A stretch of 61,872 nt of DNA from Dehalococcoidia bacterium. GTDB taxonomy: Bacteria > Chloroflexota > Dehalococcoidia > DSTF01 > RBG-16-68-14. The position numbers were made by a program, and so were the translations under genes. This document shows, piece after piece, positions 38,707-48,491 of the stretch (its first letter is position 1; each line of letters starts with the position of its first letter). The notes under the pieces are model-generated. The model had not been told where the DNA came from and did not search any database. It saw nothing but the letters and a program-made list of their open reading frames with translations. The stretch lies in the NCBI GenBank assembly GCA_040882355.1, contig JBBEBM010000072.1:1-61872 (forward strand). Reading direction: 5' to 3'.

Positions 38707-40023
38707 ATGCGCGTCCTCTCGCTCGGTTTTCCCATGCCGGGCCCTCAGGTCGACAACTACAGCTTCGCCAGCGCCCCGGCCTTCTTCGACTACGATGCGA
38801 TCGTCGTCAGCCCCCAGGCGCTCTCGCAACTCATCGAAGAGGTCGTCGCCGGTACAGCCGAACACGCCACCCGGGCTCGGGAGCGAATCGTCAACGGCCC
38901 GACGGCACCCGACGCGGTCGGCCTCGCCGACGTCCTGCGCGACCGCCAGGAAGAGACCGCGCGACTCCTCGCTCGTGGCGGGCTTGCTGTCTGTTTCGGC
39001 TACCCGAACGTGGTCCACGCGAGCGTGGCCGGCTTCGCCGGCTGCGACCGGTACTTCTGGCTTCCGGCGCCGCCCGGCCTCGCCTACCGCGAGCCGTTCC
39101 TCCGCCGCGGCTGGGGCGCGGACCTTCTGCCCGTCGATCACGACCATCCCTTCGGCCCTTTCGTCGACAAGCTTCGCGGCAAGCTCGCCTACCACGCCTA
39201 CTTCGCGGACAACGCACCTGGCTTCGCGGGCGCGGGTCACGTCTTCGCCCGCAGCGTCGGCGGCGCCGCCGTCGGCATTGAGCTTGCCGTCTCGAACGGG
39301 CGCGCGATCTTCCTGACGCCTCCCGCCCGCGTTCCGACCGGCGACGCGCGTTATGTCTACTCCAACGCCCTTCAGGACGCCATCCGCCGCACGTTGCGGC
39401 TCGCGGCCGCTGCGAAGCCGCCCGCCTGGCTGCGCGACTACGAGCTGCCCGGTCTTGCCGAACGACGCGAAGCGGTCGAAGCCGCCCGCGCGCGCCTGGA
39501 CGAGGCGCAGGAGGCCGTCGCAGGCGGCGAGGCCGGGATAGATGACCTGGAACGGTACAGGCGGCTCCTCTGGCAGGAGGGCAAGTACGGGCTGGACCAG
39601 CCCGTACGCGACGCGCTCGCGCTCATCGGCTTCACCGTGGTCGCCAGGGACCTCGACACCCCTGCGGAGGTATGGACCGAACGCGACGATCAGCGGGTGC
39701 TGCTGGAAGTCGACGCCGCCGAAGGGGCGGTCGGCATGGACGGCCACCATCGACTGCGCCGTCGCCTGGAGGACGCGATCTCGAAAGGGAAGCCCAGGCG
39801 CGGCCTGCTGATCATCAACGGTTACCGCGCGCAGGCGCCATCGCAGCGCCCGCCGCAGTACGACGACGCCCTGCGCGTCGCCGCGGAGAGCATGCGCTAC
39901 TGCGTCGCCACCACCACGCAGCTCTTCCACGCCGGCCGCGCCGCCCTCACCGGCGACGACGCCACCGCCGCGGCCTTCCGCGAGCGGCTGCTCACCACGG
40001 AAGGAGTCATGGGAGAAGACTGA
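38707..40023 (+). CDS. conserved hypothetical protein with central coiled coil
   Basis: Long ORF with host-like codon usage directly after galU; coiled coil followed by an alpha/beta domain (LLEVD, GLLIINGYR). Confidence 0.7.
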   Translation: MRVLSLGFPMPGPQVDNYSFASAPAFFDYDAIVVSPQALSQLIEEVVAGTAEHATRARERIVNGPTAPDAVGLADVLRDRQEETARLLARGGLAVCFGYPNVVHASVAGFAGCDRYFWLPAPPGLAYREPFLRRGWGADLLPVDHDHPFGPFVDKLRGKLAYHAYFADNAPGFAGAGHVFARSVGGAAVGIELAVSNGRAIFLTPPARVPTGDARYVYSNALQDAIRRTLRLAAAAKPPAWLRDYELPGLAERREAVEAARARLDEAQEAVAGGEAGIDDLERYRRLLWQEGKYGLDQPVRDALALIGFTVVARDLDTPAEVWTERDDQRVLLEVDAAEGAVGMDGHHRLRRRLEDAISKGKPRRGLLIINGYRAQAPSQRPPQYDDALRVAAESMRYCVATTTQLFHAGRAALTGDDATAAAFRERLLTTEGVMGED

Positions 40024-40094
40024 ACGGAGCCCGGGACCGAGGACCCCTTCGGCGGACCCGGTTCTGGGTTCTGGCATCGGAAGGGAGTTCACAC

Positions 40095-40889
40095 ATGGGA
40101 ACCGACTGGGCCCTCATCCTCGGCGCATCGAGCGGCTTCGGCGAGGCGACCTCGCTGGAGCTCGCGCGCAGCGGCTACAACATCTTCGGCGTCCATCTCG
40201 ACCTCCGCGCGACGCTGCCCAACGCCCAGCGCATCCAGGACGAGATCGCGTCGCTCGGCCGCGAGGCGGTCTTCTTCAACGTCAACGCCGCGGACGCGGA
40301 GAAGCGTGCTTCCGTCGTCGAGGCCGTGCAGAAGCGCCTCCGACAGGAGGGCGACGGGGCCTTCGTGCGCGTCTTTCTCCATTCGCTCGCGTTCGGCACG
40401 CTGCTGCCCTACTTCGGCGAATCGCCGAAAAGCGCGATGAGCCAGAAGCAGATCGAGATGACGCTGGACGTGATGGCGAACAGCCTGGTCTACTGGGCAC
40501 AGGACCTCGTCGCCCGCAACCTGCTGCGCAAAGGGAGCCGCGTCTTCGCCATGACCAGCTCCGGCTCCACGCGCGTGGTCAAGTCATACGGCGCCGTCTC
40601 CGCGGCCAAGGCGGCGTTGGAGTCACACATCCGGCAGCTCGCCTTCGAGCTCGCCCCCCTCGGCATCGCGGCGAACTCGATCCGCGCCGGCGTCACCGAC
40701 ACGCCTGCGCTCCGGCGCATCCCGGGCGGCCCGGAGCTGCACGCGCAGGCCCAGGCCCGCAACCCCTCCGGCCGCTCGACAAAGACGGACGATATCGCGC
40801 GCGCCATCGCCGCCCTCACAGACGAACGCCTCGCCTGGATGACCGGCAACGTCATCGGCATCGACGGCGGGGAGGAGATCACGGCCTAG
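40095..40889 (+). CDS. SDR oxidoreductase, enoyl-ACP reductase (FabL-like)
   Basis: [16 protein letters not shown] (Yx6K), [17 protein letters not shown]. Confidence 0.82.
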   Translation: MGTDWALILGASSGFGEATSLELARSGYNIFGVHLDLRATLPNAQRIQDEIASLGREAVFFNVNAADAEKRASVVEAVQKRLRQEGDGAFVRVFLHSLAFGTLLPYFGESPKSAMSQKQIEMTLDVMANSLVYWAQDLVARNLLRKGSRVFAMTSSGSTRVVKSYGAVSAAKAALESHIRQLAFELAPLGIAANSIRAGVTDTPALRRIPGGPELHAQAQARNPSGRSTKTDDIARAIAALTDERLAWMTGNVIGIDGGEEITA

Positions 40890-40959
40890 CGGCGGTCCTC
40901 AGGAATGCTCCGGCTGCATCCTGACCGAACCGCCGCGCGTATGGTATGGTAGACAGCGC

Positions 40960-41817
40960 ATGATCCCGAAGCGCCAGTTCGGCTCCACCGGCCACGAAAG
41001 CTCGCGCGTCATCTTCGGCGCCGCGGCGCTGTGGGACGTCAGCGAAGAGGAAGCCAAGCGGACGCTTGAGTTAATCCTCGCGCGCGGCATCAACCACATC
41101 GATACCGCGGCCATGTACGGGCGCTCAGAGCGACGTCTCGGCGCGTCGATGCCCAGGTACCGCGACCGCTTCTTCCTCGCGACGAAGACCGGCGAGCGCA
41201 CCTACGAGAAGGCGCGCGATCAGATCCGCCACTCGCTCGAGCGCCTCCAGACCGACCACGTCGACCTGATCCAGCTCCACAACCTGGTCGATGAGGCAGA
41301 GTGGGAGACGGCGTTCGCGCCAGGCGGCGCGCTCGAAGCGGCCGTGGAGGCGCGGGAGCAGGGACTCGCGCGCTTTATCGGCGTCACCGGCCATGGCGTC
41401 ACCGTCGCTGCTATGCACCTCCGCAGTCTCGAGCGTTTCCCCTTCGACTCGGTCCTGCTCCCGTACAACTACACGATGATGCAGAACGCCCGGTACGCCG
41501 CGGATTTCGAGGCGCTCGCCAGGCTCTGCGCCGTGCGCGGGATCGCGATGCAGACGATCAAGGGCATCACGCTTGGGCCGTGGAACGAGAAGGAGCACAC
41601 GCACGGCACCTGGTATGAGCCGCTCGCCGACCAGGAGGACATCGATCGCGCCGTGCACTACGTGCTGGCTCGCGGCGAGGTCTTCCTCAACACCGCCTCC
41701 GATCTCACGCTCCTGCCTAAGATCCTCGACGCCGCCGACCGCTTCTCGCAAGCGCCATCCGACACAGACATGCGGACGCTTGCGGCCGATCGCAGCATGG
41801 CGCCCCTCTTCACGTAG
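40960..41817 (+). CDS. aldo/keto reductase
   Basis: [35 protein letters not shown]. Confidence 0.92.
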   Translation: MIPKRQFGSTGHESSRVIFGAAALWDVSEEEAKRTLELILARGINHIDTAAMYGRSERRLGASMPRYRDRFFLATKTGERTYEKARDQIRHSLERLQTDHVDLIQLHNLVDEAEWETAFAPGGALEAAVEAREQGLARFIGVTGHGVTVAAMHLRSLERFPFDSVLLPYNYTMMQNARYAADFEALARLCAVRGIAMQTIKGITLGPWNEKEHTHGTWYEPLADQEDIDRAVHYVLARGEVFLNTASDLTLLPKILDAADRFSQAPSDTDMRTLAADRSMAPLFT

Positions 41818-41849
41818 CATGCCCATCCCGCAGGCAAGGCGATTCGCGC

Positions 41850-43421
41850 GTGCCTTTCGCTAAGGGCGCTGAAGGAGACGACAAGACGCGGGCGGCGACC
41901 ATCCTCCGCAACCTGATTGGCTTCGTCTCCGGCGGGCGCCGCACAGCGCGCTTGCTCTTCGCGGCGACGATCTGCCTCGGCGCCGCGGCCGCGCTCTTCG
42001 GCTCTGCGCCACCGGTCGCCCTGAGCGAAGCCACGCTGCCCATCGGCTTCACCGATACTGAGGTCGTAGGCAGCGGCCTCTCGCGCCCCACCGCGATGGC
42101 GCTCGCGCCCGACGGGCGCATCTTCATCACGCAACAGGCCGGGGCGCTGCGAGTCGTCGAAAGCGGCCAGCTCCTGGCAGCGCCGTTCCTCACGCTCGCC
42201 GTCGAGGACAGCGGCGAGCGCGGCCTGCTCGGCGTCACCTTCGATCCTAACTTTCCGGCGGACCCGTACGTCTACCTCTACTACACCGTGGACTCGTCGC
42301 CGCCGCACAACCGGGTGAGCCGGTTCGAGGCGAACGGCAACCTTGTCGTGCCAGGCAGCGAGACGGTCGTCCTGGAGCTGAACGACCTGGGTGTTGCCTC
42401 GCACAACGGCGGCGCGCTCCACTTCGGCATCGACGGCAGGCTCTACATAGCGGTCGGCGAGAACGGGATGGCTGCCAGCGCTCAGAGCCTCGACAACTTG
42501 TTGGGCAAGGTCTTGCGCATCAATTCGGACGGCTCCATCCCGACCGACAACCCCTTCTACAACGCGGCGATCGGCCAGAACCGGGCGATCTGGGCGCTGG
42601 GCTTGCGCAACCCGTTCACCTTTGACGTCCAGCCGGGAACAGGCCGCATCTTCATCAACGACGTCGGCCAGGGCGCCTGGGAGGAGATCAACGATGGCAT
42701 CGCCGGGTCCAACTACGGCTGGCCCGAAACCGAGGGCGAGACCACCAATCCGGCCTACAGCAGCCCGCTCTTCGCTTACGGACACGGAGTCGGCAGCACG
42801 ACCGGCTGCGCGATCACCGGCGGCGCGTTCTACAACCCTCAGGTGGGCCAGTTCCCGGGCGACTTCACCGGTGACTACCTCTTCGCCGACTTCTGCAGCG
42901 GCTGGATCCGTCGCTACGACCCGGCCACGGACACCGCCGACGCCTTCGCGGGGGACATCTCAGCGCCGGTCGATTTGAAGGTCGCGCCCGATGGCGGCCT
43001 CTACTACCTGGGGCGCAACCCGGACGTGCTGCACCGGATCACCTACTCGACTCCTATCGACACGGACGGTGACGGGTGCCTGGACAGCGACGAAGTCGGC
43101 CCGGACCCGCAACTGGGCGGCCAACGCGATCCCCTGAGCGTCTGGGACTTCATGGACCAGTGGACAGGATCGCCCTTCACCCGCGACAGAATCATCAGCA
43201 TCGGCGACGTCGGCGCGGTCGTGAACCGCTTCGGCGCGAGCGGCAACCCGGGCGGCGACCCGCTCACGCCGCCCCCGGACATGACCGGCTACCACACCTC
43301 CGCCGACCGGAACGGGTCGATCCCCGGGCAGGACCCGTGGGACTTGCAACCGCCGGACGGCAACGTCTCCATCGGCGACATCGGCGCCGCCGTCGTCCAG
43401 TTCGGCCACAACTGCACGTGA
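41850..43421 (+). CDS. secreted PQQ-dependent glucose/sorbosone dehydrogenase with flexitail-like C-terminal domain
   Basis: GERGLLG, HNGGAL.FG.DG.LY, GLRNPF, WEEIN, NYGWP; tail DTDGDGC.D..E......GG.RDP...WDF...SIGDIG..V.QFGH.C; start uncertain. Confidence 0.85.
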   Translation: MPFAKGAEGDDKTRAATILRNLIGFVSGGRRTARLLFAATICLGAAAALFGSAPPVALSEATLPIGFTDTEVVGSGLSRPTAMALAPDGRIFITQQAGALRVVESGQLLAAPFLTLAVEDSGERGLLGVTFDPNFPADPYVYLYYTVDSSPPHNRVSRFEANGNLVVPGSETVVLELNDLGVASHNGGALHFGIDGRLYIAVGENGMAASAQSLDNLLGKVLRINSDGSIPTDNPFYNAAIGQNRAIWALGLRNPFTFDVQPGTGRIFINDVGQGAWEEINDGIAGSNYGWPETEGETTNPAYSSPLFAYGHGVGSTTGCAITGGAFYNPQVGQFPGDFTGDYLFADFCSGWIRRYDPATDTADAFAGDISAPVDLKVAPDGGLYYLGRNPDVLHRITYSTPIDTDGDGCLDSDEVGPDPQLGGQRDPLSVWDFMDQWTGSPFTRDRIISIGDVGAVVNRFGASGNPGGDPLTPPPDMTGYHTSADRNGSIPGQDPWDLQPPDGNVSIGDIGAAVVQFGHNCT

Positions 43422-43461
43422 GGCGGACGGCCTGCCGGGATGGCCTTCGACGCGGTGCCGG

Positions 43462-44067
43462 CTAGCGGGCCAGCGACAGCGCAGCGAGGTCCGGTTCGGG
43501 GCGAGGTCGGGGCGACTTGCCGGGCGCCGGGTAGCCCAGCGCGACGAGCGCTTGCGCATCGTGGCCAGCGGGCAGGTCCAGGGCATCGCGCACGGCGTCC
43601 GGGCAGAAGCTTGGCGCGGAGATCCAGAAGCTGCCGAGCCCTTCGTTCTGGGCGGCGACCATGATGTTCTCAAGCGCGCAGCCCATGCTCTGCAGGGCCA
43701 TCCCCCACTCCGCGCGCTGACGGCGCTCGTCGGGCCAGGTTCGCAGCCCTTCCGGCACCAGGCAACCCAGCACCAGCGCCGGCGCTTCGGCGATCTGGCG
43801 TCGCGAGCGCGCCAGCAGCGCCGCAATCCGCGGCGCCCCGACGCCGTCACCCTCCAGATCGCGGCGCCAGGCCGTACCCATGCCATCGGCCAGCCGCGAA
43901 CGCGATTCGTCGGTCTCCAGCACGACGAAACGCCAGGGCTGAGTGTGGTGCGGCGCGGGCGCCAGGCAGGCGGCGTAGAGGAGCTTATGGAGCAGGGGGC
44001 GGGCTATCGAGCGGCTGTCGAACTGTCTCAGCGAGCGGCGTCCCGTTATCGCGTCGTAAGCGTCCAT
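43462..44067 (-). CDS. nitroreductase, FbiB-C-terminal-like (probable dehydro-F420-0 reductase)
   Basis: RRSLRQF, APAPHHTQPWRFVV, GLGSFW; downstream of cofC. Confidence 0.75.
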   Translation of the reverse strand: MDAYDAITGRRSLRQFDSRSIARPLLHKLLYAACLAPAPHHTQPWRFVVLETDESRSRLADGMGTAWRRDLEGDGVGAPRIAALLARSRRQIAEAPALVLGCLVPEGLRTWPDERRQRAEWGMALQSMGCALENIMVAAQNEGLGSFWISAPSFCPDAVRDALDLPAGHDAQALVALGYPAPGKSPRPRPEPDLAALSLAR

Positions 44068-44124
44068 TCTCGTCCCTGGTGCATCCTTCCTCGCTCATGC
44101 TTGCTCGTCGATGCTCGCCCTATC

Positions 44125-44793
44125 CTATTCGTTTTCGACACTTCGCGCCAGAGTGTAAACACTTCGAATCAGCTCTGCCGTGCGCGCCCCGACGTTCACT
44201 CCTGCGAGCCCGGGCGCCGCCTCGACCAGCTTCTGGAGTCGCGTCAGGTCGTCCGGCGTGTCGACGTCGAAGCTCAGCGCGGCCAGGCTGAGCCGCGCCG
44301 AACGCAGGCCCGCTTCCTCCGCCGACGCCAGGTGCAGCCGGGCGCTGTCCGGGCCGTAGCGGAACGTGATCGCGCCCGGCGAGAGCGCCAGCGCGTTCGT
44401 GCCTCCGTCCTGCGACGGCACCACCGCCACTTGAGCGTCCGTCTCCGCTACCGACGCGATCGCGCCGCCCTCGACCAGCGGCAGGTCCGCCGCCAGCACG
44501 ACCAGCCGGTCCACCCGGCGTTGCGCCAGCGACGCAGCGGCCGACGTCAGCGACGCGTTCAGCCCGCCGGGCTCGGGCATCGGCAGCGCGCCCGCCTCGA
44601 ACGCCAGCGCGAGCGCGTCGTCGTCGCGGCTCACGACGGCGACCGCCTCGAGCGCCCCGCACGACAGCGCCGCGTCGAGCACGTCGCGGAAGAGCGCAAG
44701 CGCGAGGCTGCGCCGCTCGTCGGCGTCGAGCGCAGGCGCCAGCCGCGCCTTCGCCAGCGCGAACTCCTTCACGGGTATCAGCGCAACAACCAC
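44125..44793 (-). CDS. cofC: 2-phospho-L-lactate/PEP guanylyltransferase
   Basis: IPVK....AKARL, GLN, ADLP, GGTNAL, YG..S...H, DVDTPDDL. Confidence 0.93.
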   Translation of the reverse strand: MVVALIPVKEFALAKARLAPALDADERRSLALALFRDVLDAALSCGALEAVAVVSRDDDALALAFEAGALPMPEPGGLNASLTSAAASLAQRRVDRLVVLAADLPLVEGGAIASVAETDAQVAVVPSQDGGTNALALSPGAITFRYGPDSARLHLASAEEAGLRSARLSLAALSFDVDTPDDLTRLQKLVEAAPGLAGVNVGARTAELIRSVYTLARSVENE

Positions 44794-44797
44794 GTTA

Positions 44798-44849
44798 TGT
44801 CATCCTGAGCGCTTCGCTGGGGGCTCAGCGTAAACTCCACGAAGTATCT
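44798..44849. repeat. nested REP-like palindromes
   Basis: TGTCATCCTGAGCG...CGAAGTATCT interrupted by CTTCGCTGGGGCTCAGCGTAAACTCC; related reverse copies near 58368-58393 and 58443-58470. Confidence 0.6.
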
Positions 44850-45015
44850 GACAGCGCCCTGGAACCAGACCTGCCGAGCAGCCTGCTTTCGGCACCTTCG
44901 AGCATCGACCCCGCTACACCCAGGCTACCCGATCGCGCTCCACCCGGTGAAGCCGGCGCCCCTCGTGGGGCACCACATTCGCCCGGGAATCCACTTGCCG
45001 GAGGCGTGATGCAGC

Positions 45016-45102
45016 GCACCGTAGCTGCAGGGCTTCAGCCCTGCCCCACTTTGAATCGGCGGCACCCAACGAGGCAAACCTAAAGGTCTGCAGCTACGGT
45101 GC
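45016..45102. repeat. GTAG-type REP doublet (REPIN-like)
   Basis: Perfect 15-bp terminal inverted repeat GCACCGTAGCTGCAG/CTGCAGCTACGGTGC with an internal hairpin in each arm; related half at 48208-48230. Confidence 0.75.
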
Positions 45103-45169
45103 AACAGGCTGCGACCATCTTGCTCAAGACCACGCTTCGCCGGCAGGCGGATGCGCTCCGATGGCCAGG

Positions 45170-46111
45170 CTAAAGCCCGGCCTCCGGAGCTCGGGCCGCC
45201 GCCAGTGTCGCCTCCGCCAGCGCACGACGCGACGCCGGGTCACGCATGATCGTGTCGGTGACGACCGCGCGCACGCCCAACGACTCCACCTCGCTCGCAA
45301 GCGACGCGTCCTGCTCGTCGAGCACCAGCGCGTCGAGGAAGTCGGCGTACAGCCGCGCGACGCCGAGGGCGCTCGACTCGTAGCCCAGCGACGTCATCAT
45401 GCGGTCGGCGGGGCCCTTGAGCGCCCGCCCGCCGACGATCGGGCTGACGGCAACGACGGGCGCCTTCGTCTCGACGAGAGCCTCGCGCACGCCGGGCACC
45501 GCCAGCACCGGCCCGATGCTCACCAACGGGTTCGAAGGCGCAATCACCACCGTCTCCGCCTCCGCGATCGCCTCCAGCACGCCGGGCGCAGGCCGCGCGC
45601 TCTCGACGCCTTCGAAACGCAGCGCGCGCACCTCGTCTTGCTGGCGACGCCGCACGAAGTACTCCTGAAACGACAGCTCCCCGGCCTCCGTCGTCACGAC
45701 CGTGCGCACCGGCTGGTCGCTCACCGGCAGCAGCCGGCACGCGACGCCGAACGCGCGCGCGATCGACTCCGTCGCCTCGCTCAGCGAGCGCCCCTCGCGC
45801 AGGAGCTGCGTGCGCTGCACGTGCGTCGCGAGGTCGGCGTCGCCCAGGCGGAACCATGTCTCCTCGCCGAGTCGCGCCGCCTGCTCCAGGCAGGCGTACG
45901 TCTCGTCCGCCTGCCCCCAGCCCTGCTCCGGGTCGACCGCGTCGCTCAGCGTGTAGACGACGGTGTCGAGGTCGGGCGACACGTGCAGCCCGAGAAACGT
46001 CTCGTCGTCGCCCGTGTTCCCGATCACTGTGATCGACGCGGCCTCCACCACATCGACCAGCCCGCGCAGGAACTTCGCCGCTCCCACGCCACCGGCGATA
46101 ACGGTGATCAT
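45170..46111 (-). CDS. cofD: 2-phospho-L-lactate transferase
   Basis: GGVGAAKF, NTGDD, SPDLD, WFRLGD.D, FQEYFV, PSNP.VSI, KGPAD. Confidence 0.95.
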   Translation of the reverse strand: MITVIAGGVGAAKFLRGLVDVVEAASITVIGNTGDDETFLGLHVSPDLDTVVYTLSDAVDPEQGWGQADETYACLEQAARLGEETWFRLGDADLATHVQRTQLLREGRSLSEATESIARAFGVACRLLPVSDQPVRTVVTTEAGELSFQEYFVRRRQQDEVRALRFEGVESARPAPGVLEAIAEAETVVIAPSNPLVSIGPVLAVPGVREALVETKAPVVAVSPIVGGRALKGPADRMMTSLGYESSALGVARLYADFLDALVLDEQDASLASEVESLGVRAVVTDTIMRDPASRRALAEATLAAARAPEAGL

Positions 46112-47589
46112 GGCGCGGCCTGCAGCCGAGCAATCTCCTCCAGCGCCGCGCGGACCATGGCGGGTCCCTGCCCACCCGCGCCAGTCTCGTTGTAGATATC
46201 AGCGGCCTCGCCTAGGAGAGCACTCGCCTCGTCAAGCTTGTCTTGCCGAGCTGCCAGTAGGCCCAGGCTGGCTAGCTGGTGAGCCTCGCCGAGCCGATTA
46301 CCGACCTCGCGATCGCGGGCGAGCGCCTCCTGATAGTAAGTCGCCGCCTTGGTCGGCTCTCCGCGCTCAGCGTAGACGTTCCCCAAGTTATGGAGATCTT
46401 CAATCTCACCCAGTTTGTACCCGATTGCGCGGTCGATCTGGAGAGCCTGTTGATGGTGTTCCTCCGCCCGTAGAAGGTCGCCCTGTGCAAGGTACAGGTT
46501 TCCGAGATTGCCAAGAGCTATGCCCACGCCAATCTCGCTTCTAATCTCACGATTGGTCTGCAGCGCCTGCAAGTGGTGTTCTTCTGCTTCCTTCAGATTT
46601 CCCAGAGCCGCGTATACCAGGCCGAGATTTGCTAAGTCTTGTGCTTCAGCAAGACGATGGCCGATCCGCCGATCAATTGCCAGCGCCTCTTTGTTATACG
46701 CTAACGCCCGCTGTAGGTCGCCTTCCTCGAGGCAAACGTTGGCGAGGTTACCAAGAACCGTGGCTTGACCGAGCAAGTGAGAAGCCGCCCGAAATAAACC
46801 CAGTGCTTGTTCATTGCAGTCCTTGGCTCTCGGCAAGTCACCCTGATCCGAATAGACGAGGGCCAAATTCGCGAGCTGCCGGCCTTCTCCTAGCTGACCT
46901 CCAATTCGTCTATGGATGAGCAGTGCCTCTTGGTAGTATTCCTCTGCCAGAGCTAAGTCTCCTAGCGTCCGGTAGACAACACCGAGATTGCCCAGCGCAT
47001 GAGCCTCGCCTGCCAGGAATCTTATCGCGCGGCTGGCGTCAAGTGCCTGCCGATAGTGGGCTTCGGCCTCCTTCAGCTTGCTCAGGTTAAGGAAGCTGTT
47101 GCCCAGGAGAACGTGGAGCTGCACCTTCGCTTCGGGTGGGAGATCACGTCGGAAGGCCTCGTACAGGGCCTCGATAGCCTCCAGCTCCTTGTGCTGCCTC
47201 TGAAGCTCGAGCGCTTCACGCAGCCTCTCCTCTGTGTTCGGTCCGGCTGCCCTGGCGAGCTGCTCGGTGTCGATGTCAGCCGCGCCCTGCGGCGGCGCTG
47301 CGAGGGTTTTGGTCAGTTCTTGGAGCTGGTCTTCGACTGCTGCTACCCTCGCCACAAGCTGGGGATCGCCTTGATGGATGTGGATGTCACGACCAGCCGC
47401 CATCGCGCTCTCGCTCGCAATGGTTGCCTGCCCACCCGTGGTCACAGGCGCATTCACGTCGCCGGCGGTGGACACCGAGCCCGACGGTTGCTCGCCCCTA
47501 ACGCGCAGCTTTAGCCAGAGACCGACAACACCGCCAATCGTCGCGACGACCGCGGCAATCATACCGATGATGGCTCCCGCGGTCGCCAT
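46108..47589 (-). CDS. membrane-anchored tetratricopeptide repeat protein (AT-richer)
   Basis: N-terminal TM; ~40-aa repeats GEA..L.NLG.VY...G....A..Y..AL.I; ATGA overlap with cofD. Confidence 0.88.
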   Translation of the reverse strand: MATAGAIIGMIAAVVATIGGVVGLWLKLRVRGEQPSGSVSTAGDVNAPVTTGGQATIASESAMAAGRDIHIHQGDPQLVARVAAVEDQLQELTKTLAAPPQGAADIDTEQLARAAGPNTEERLREALELQRQHKELEAIEALYEAFRRDLPPEAKVQLHVLLGNSFLNLSKLKEAEAHYRQALDASRAIRFLAGEAHALGNLGVVYRTLGDLALAEEYYQEALLIHRRIGGQLGEGRQLANLALVYSDQGDLPRAKDCNEQALGLFRAASHLLGQATVLGNLANVCLEEGDLQRALAYNKEALAIDRRIGHRLAEAQDLANLGLVYAALGNLKEAEEHHLQALQTNREIRSEIGVGIALGNLGNLYLAQGDLLRAEEHHQQALQIDRAIGYKLGEIEDLHNLGNVYAERGEPTKAATYYQEALARDREVGNRLGEAHQLASLGLLAARQDKLDEASALLGEAADIYNETGAGGQGPAMVRAALEEIARLQAAP

Positions 47590-47619
47590 CGCCGCCTCGC
47601 TCCCCCGAGCGTCTTCCCC

Positions 47620-48165
47620 CTACCCCACGGCCTCCGCGTCCGCGTTGCGCACGCGCAGCGCCGGCGGCATGGGCGGGAGCTTGGGGCGGAAGAGCGCGCC
47701 CAGCGCGGCCTGGCCCGCGAGCACCATGAGCAGCCGCGCGATGAAGCCACGCCGCCCGCCGAAGGGCGCCAGCACGACCATCAGCATCAGCGCCCGCAGC
47801 GCGGTCTCGGCTCGAGACGGCTCGACCGGCACCCAGCGGGCGCCCTCGCCCGTGATCTCGATGAAGCCGATCGGCTGCACGGCGCCGCCGCCTCCGCCAC
47901 CACCACCGCCGCCCTCGCCGCTGCCGATCGCGGCTTCGCCGAGCGGCATCTCACCGTTGCCGTGCGACGCCGGCCCGCTGCCGCTGCCACCACCGCCGCC
48001 CGCGCCGAACCCGAACGACACCTTCGCGACCGGGATGACGGTGACGCCGTTCGCGCTCACCGGGTCGCCGTAGACCGTCTTCGCGGACAGGCCGTCCTGG
48101 ATGCTCCTCGCGACCGTCTGCACCGACTCCGTCACGTAGCTCAGCGTGCTGCCTCTCGTTTCCAT
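47620..48165 (-). CDS. GerW/YtfJ family protein
   Basis: VYGDPV...GVTVIPVAKVSFGFGAGGG, GGGGG..V.PIGFI. Confidence 0.88.
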   Translation of the reverse strand: METRGSTLSYVTESVQTVARSIQDGLSAKTVYGDPVSANGVTVIPVAKVSFGFGAGGGGGSGSGPASHGNGEMPLGEAAIGSGEGGGGGGGGGGAVQPIGFIEITGEGARWVPVEPSRAETALRALMLMVVLAPFGGRRGFIARLLMVLAGQAALGALFRPKLPPMPPALRVRNADAEAVG

Positions 48166-48251
48166 CGAATGCCTCCTTTCATCTCGTCCGGGAAAACGCT
48201 ACCCGTTCGAAGCTGCGGGTTTCAACCCGCAGACGTGTTTCCCATCTCAGC

Positions 48252-48449
48252 CTACGCGACGACGAGCCCGATCTCCTCAGCGCTCTCCAACCAGAGCTCG
48301 ATGGCCTCCGTGATGTTGCGGCGCGCCTCGGCCTTGTCCGCCCCGTACGAATGACAACCCTTGAGGAGGGGGCAAAAGACATGGAACCCGCCTTCATCCT
48401 CGGGCTCGAAGATCACCTCGAATTTGCCGACCTTGCCGCGCTGAATCAT
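48252..48449 (-). CDS. hicB: short HicB-family antitoxin, no adjacent hicA
   Basis: EGGFHVFCP.LKGCHSYG....EA..NI.EAIELW. Confidence 0.85.
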   Translation of the reverse strand: MIQRGKVGKFEVIFEPEDEGGFHVFCPLLKGCHSYGADKAEARRNITEAIELWLESAEEIGLVVA

Positions 48450-48491
48450 CGCACCGAAGAGTATACCAGCCCCACCAGGCAATGTTCGGCG

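Noticed and set aside
47880..48010. GGC/GGT runs as a contingency repeat
   Set aside because: Encode the poly-Gly tracts typical of GerW/YtfJ proteins
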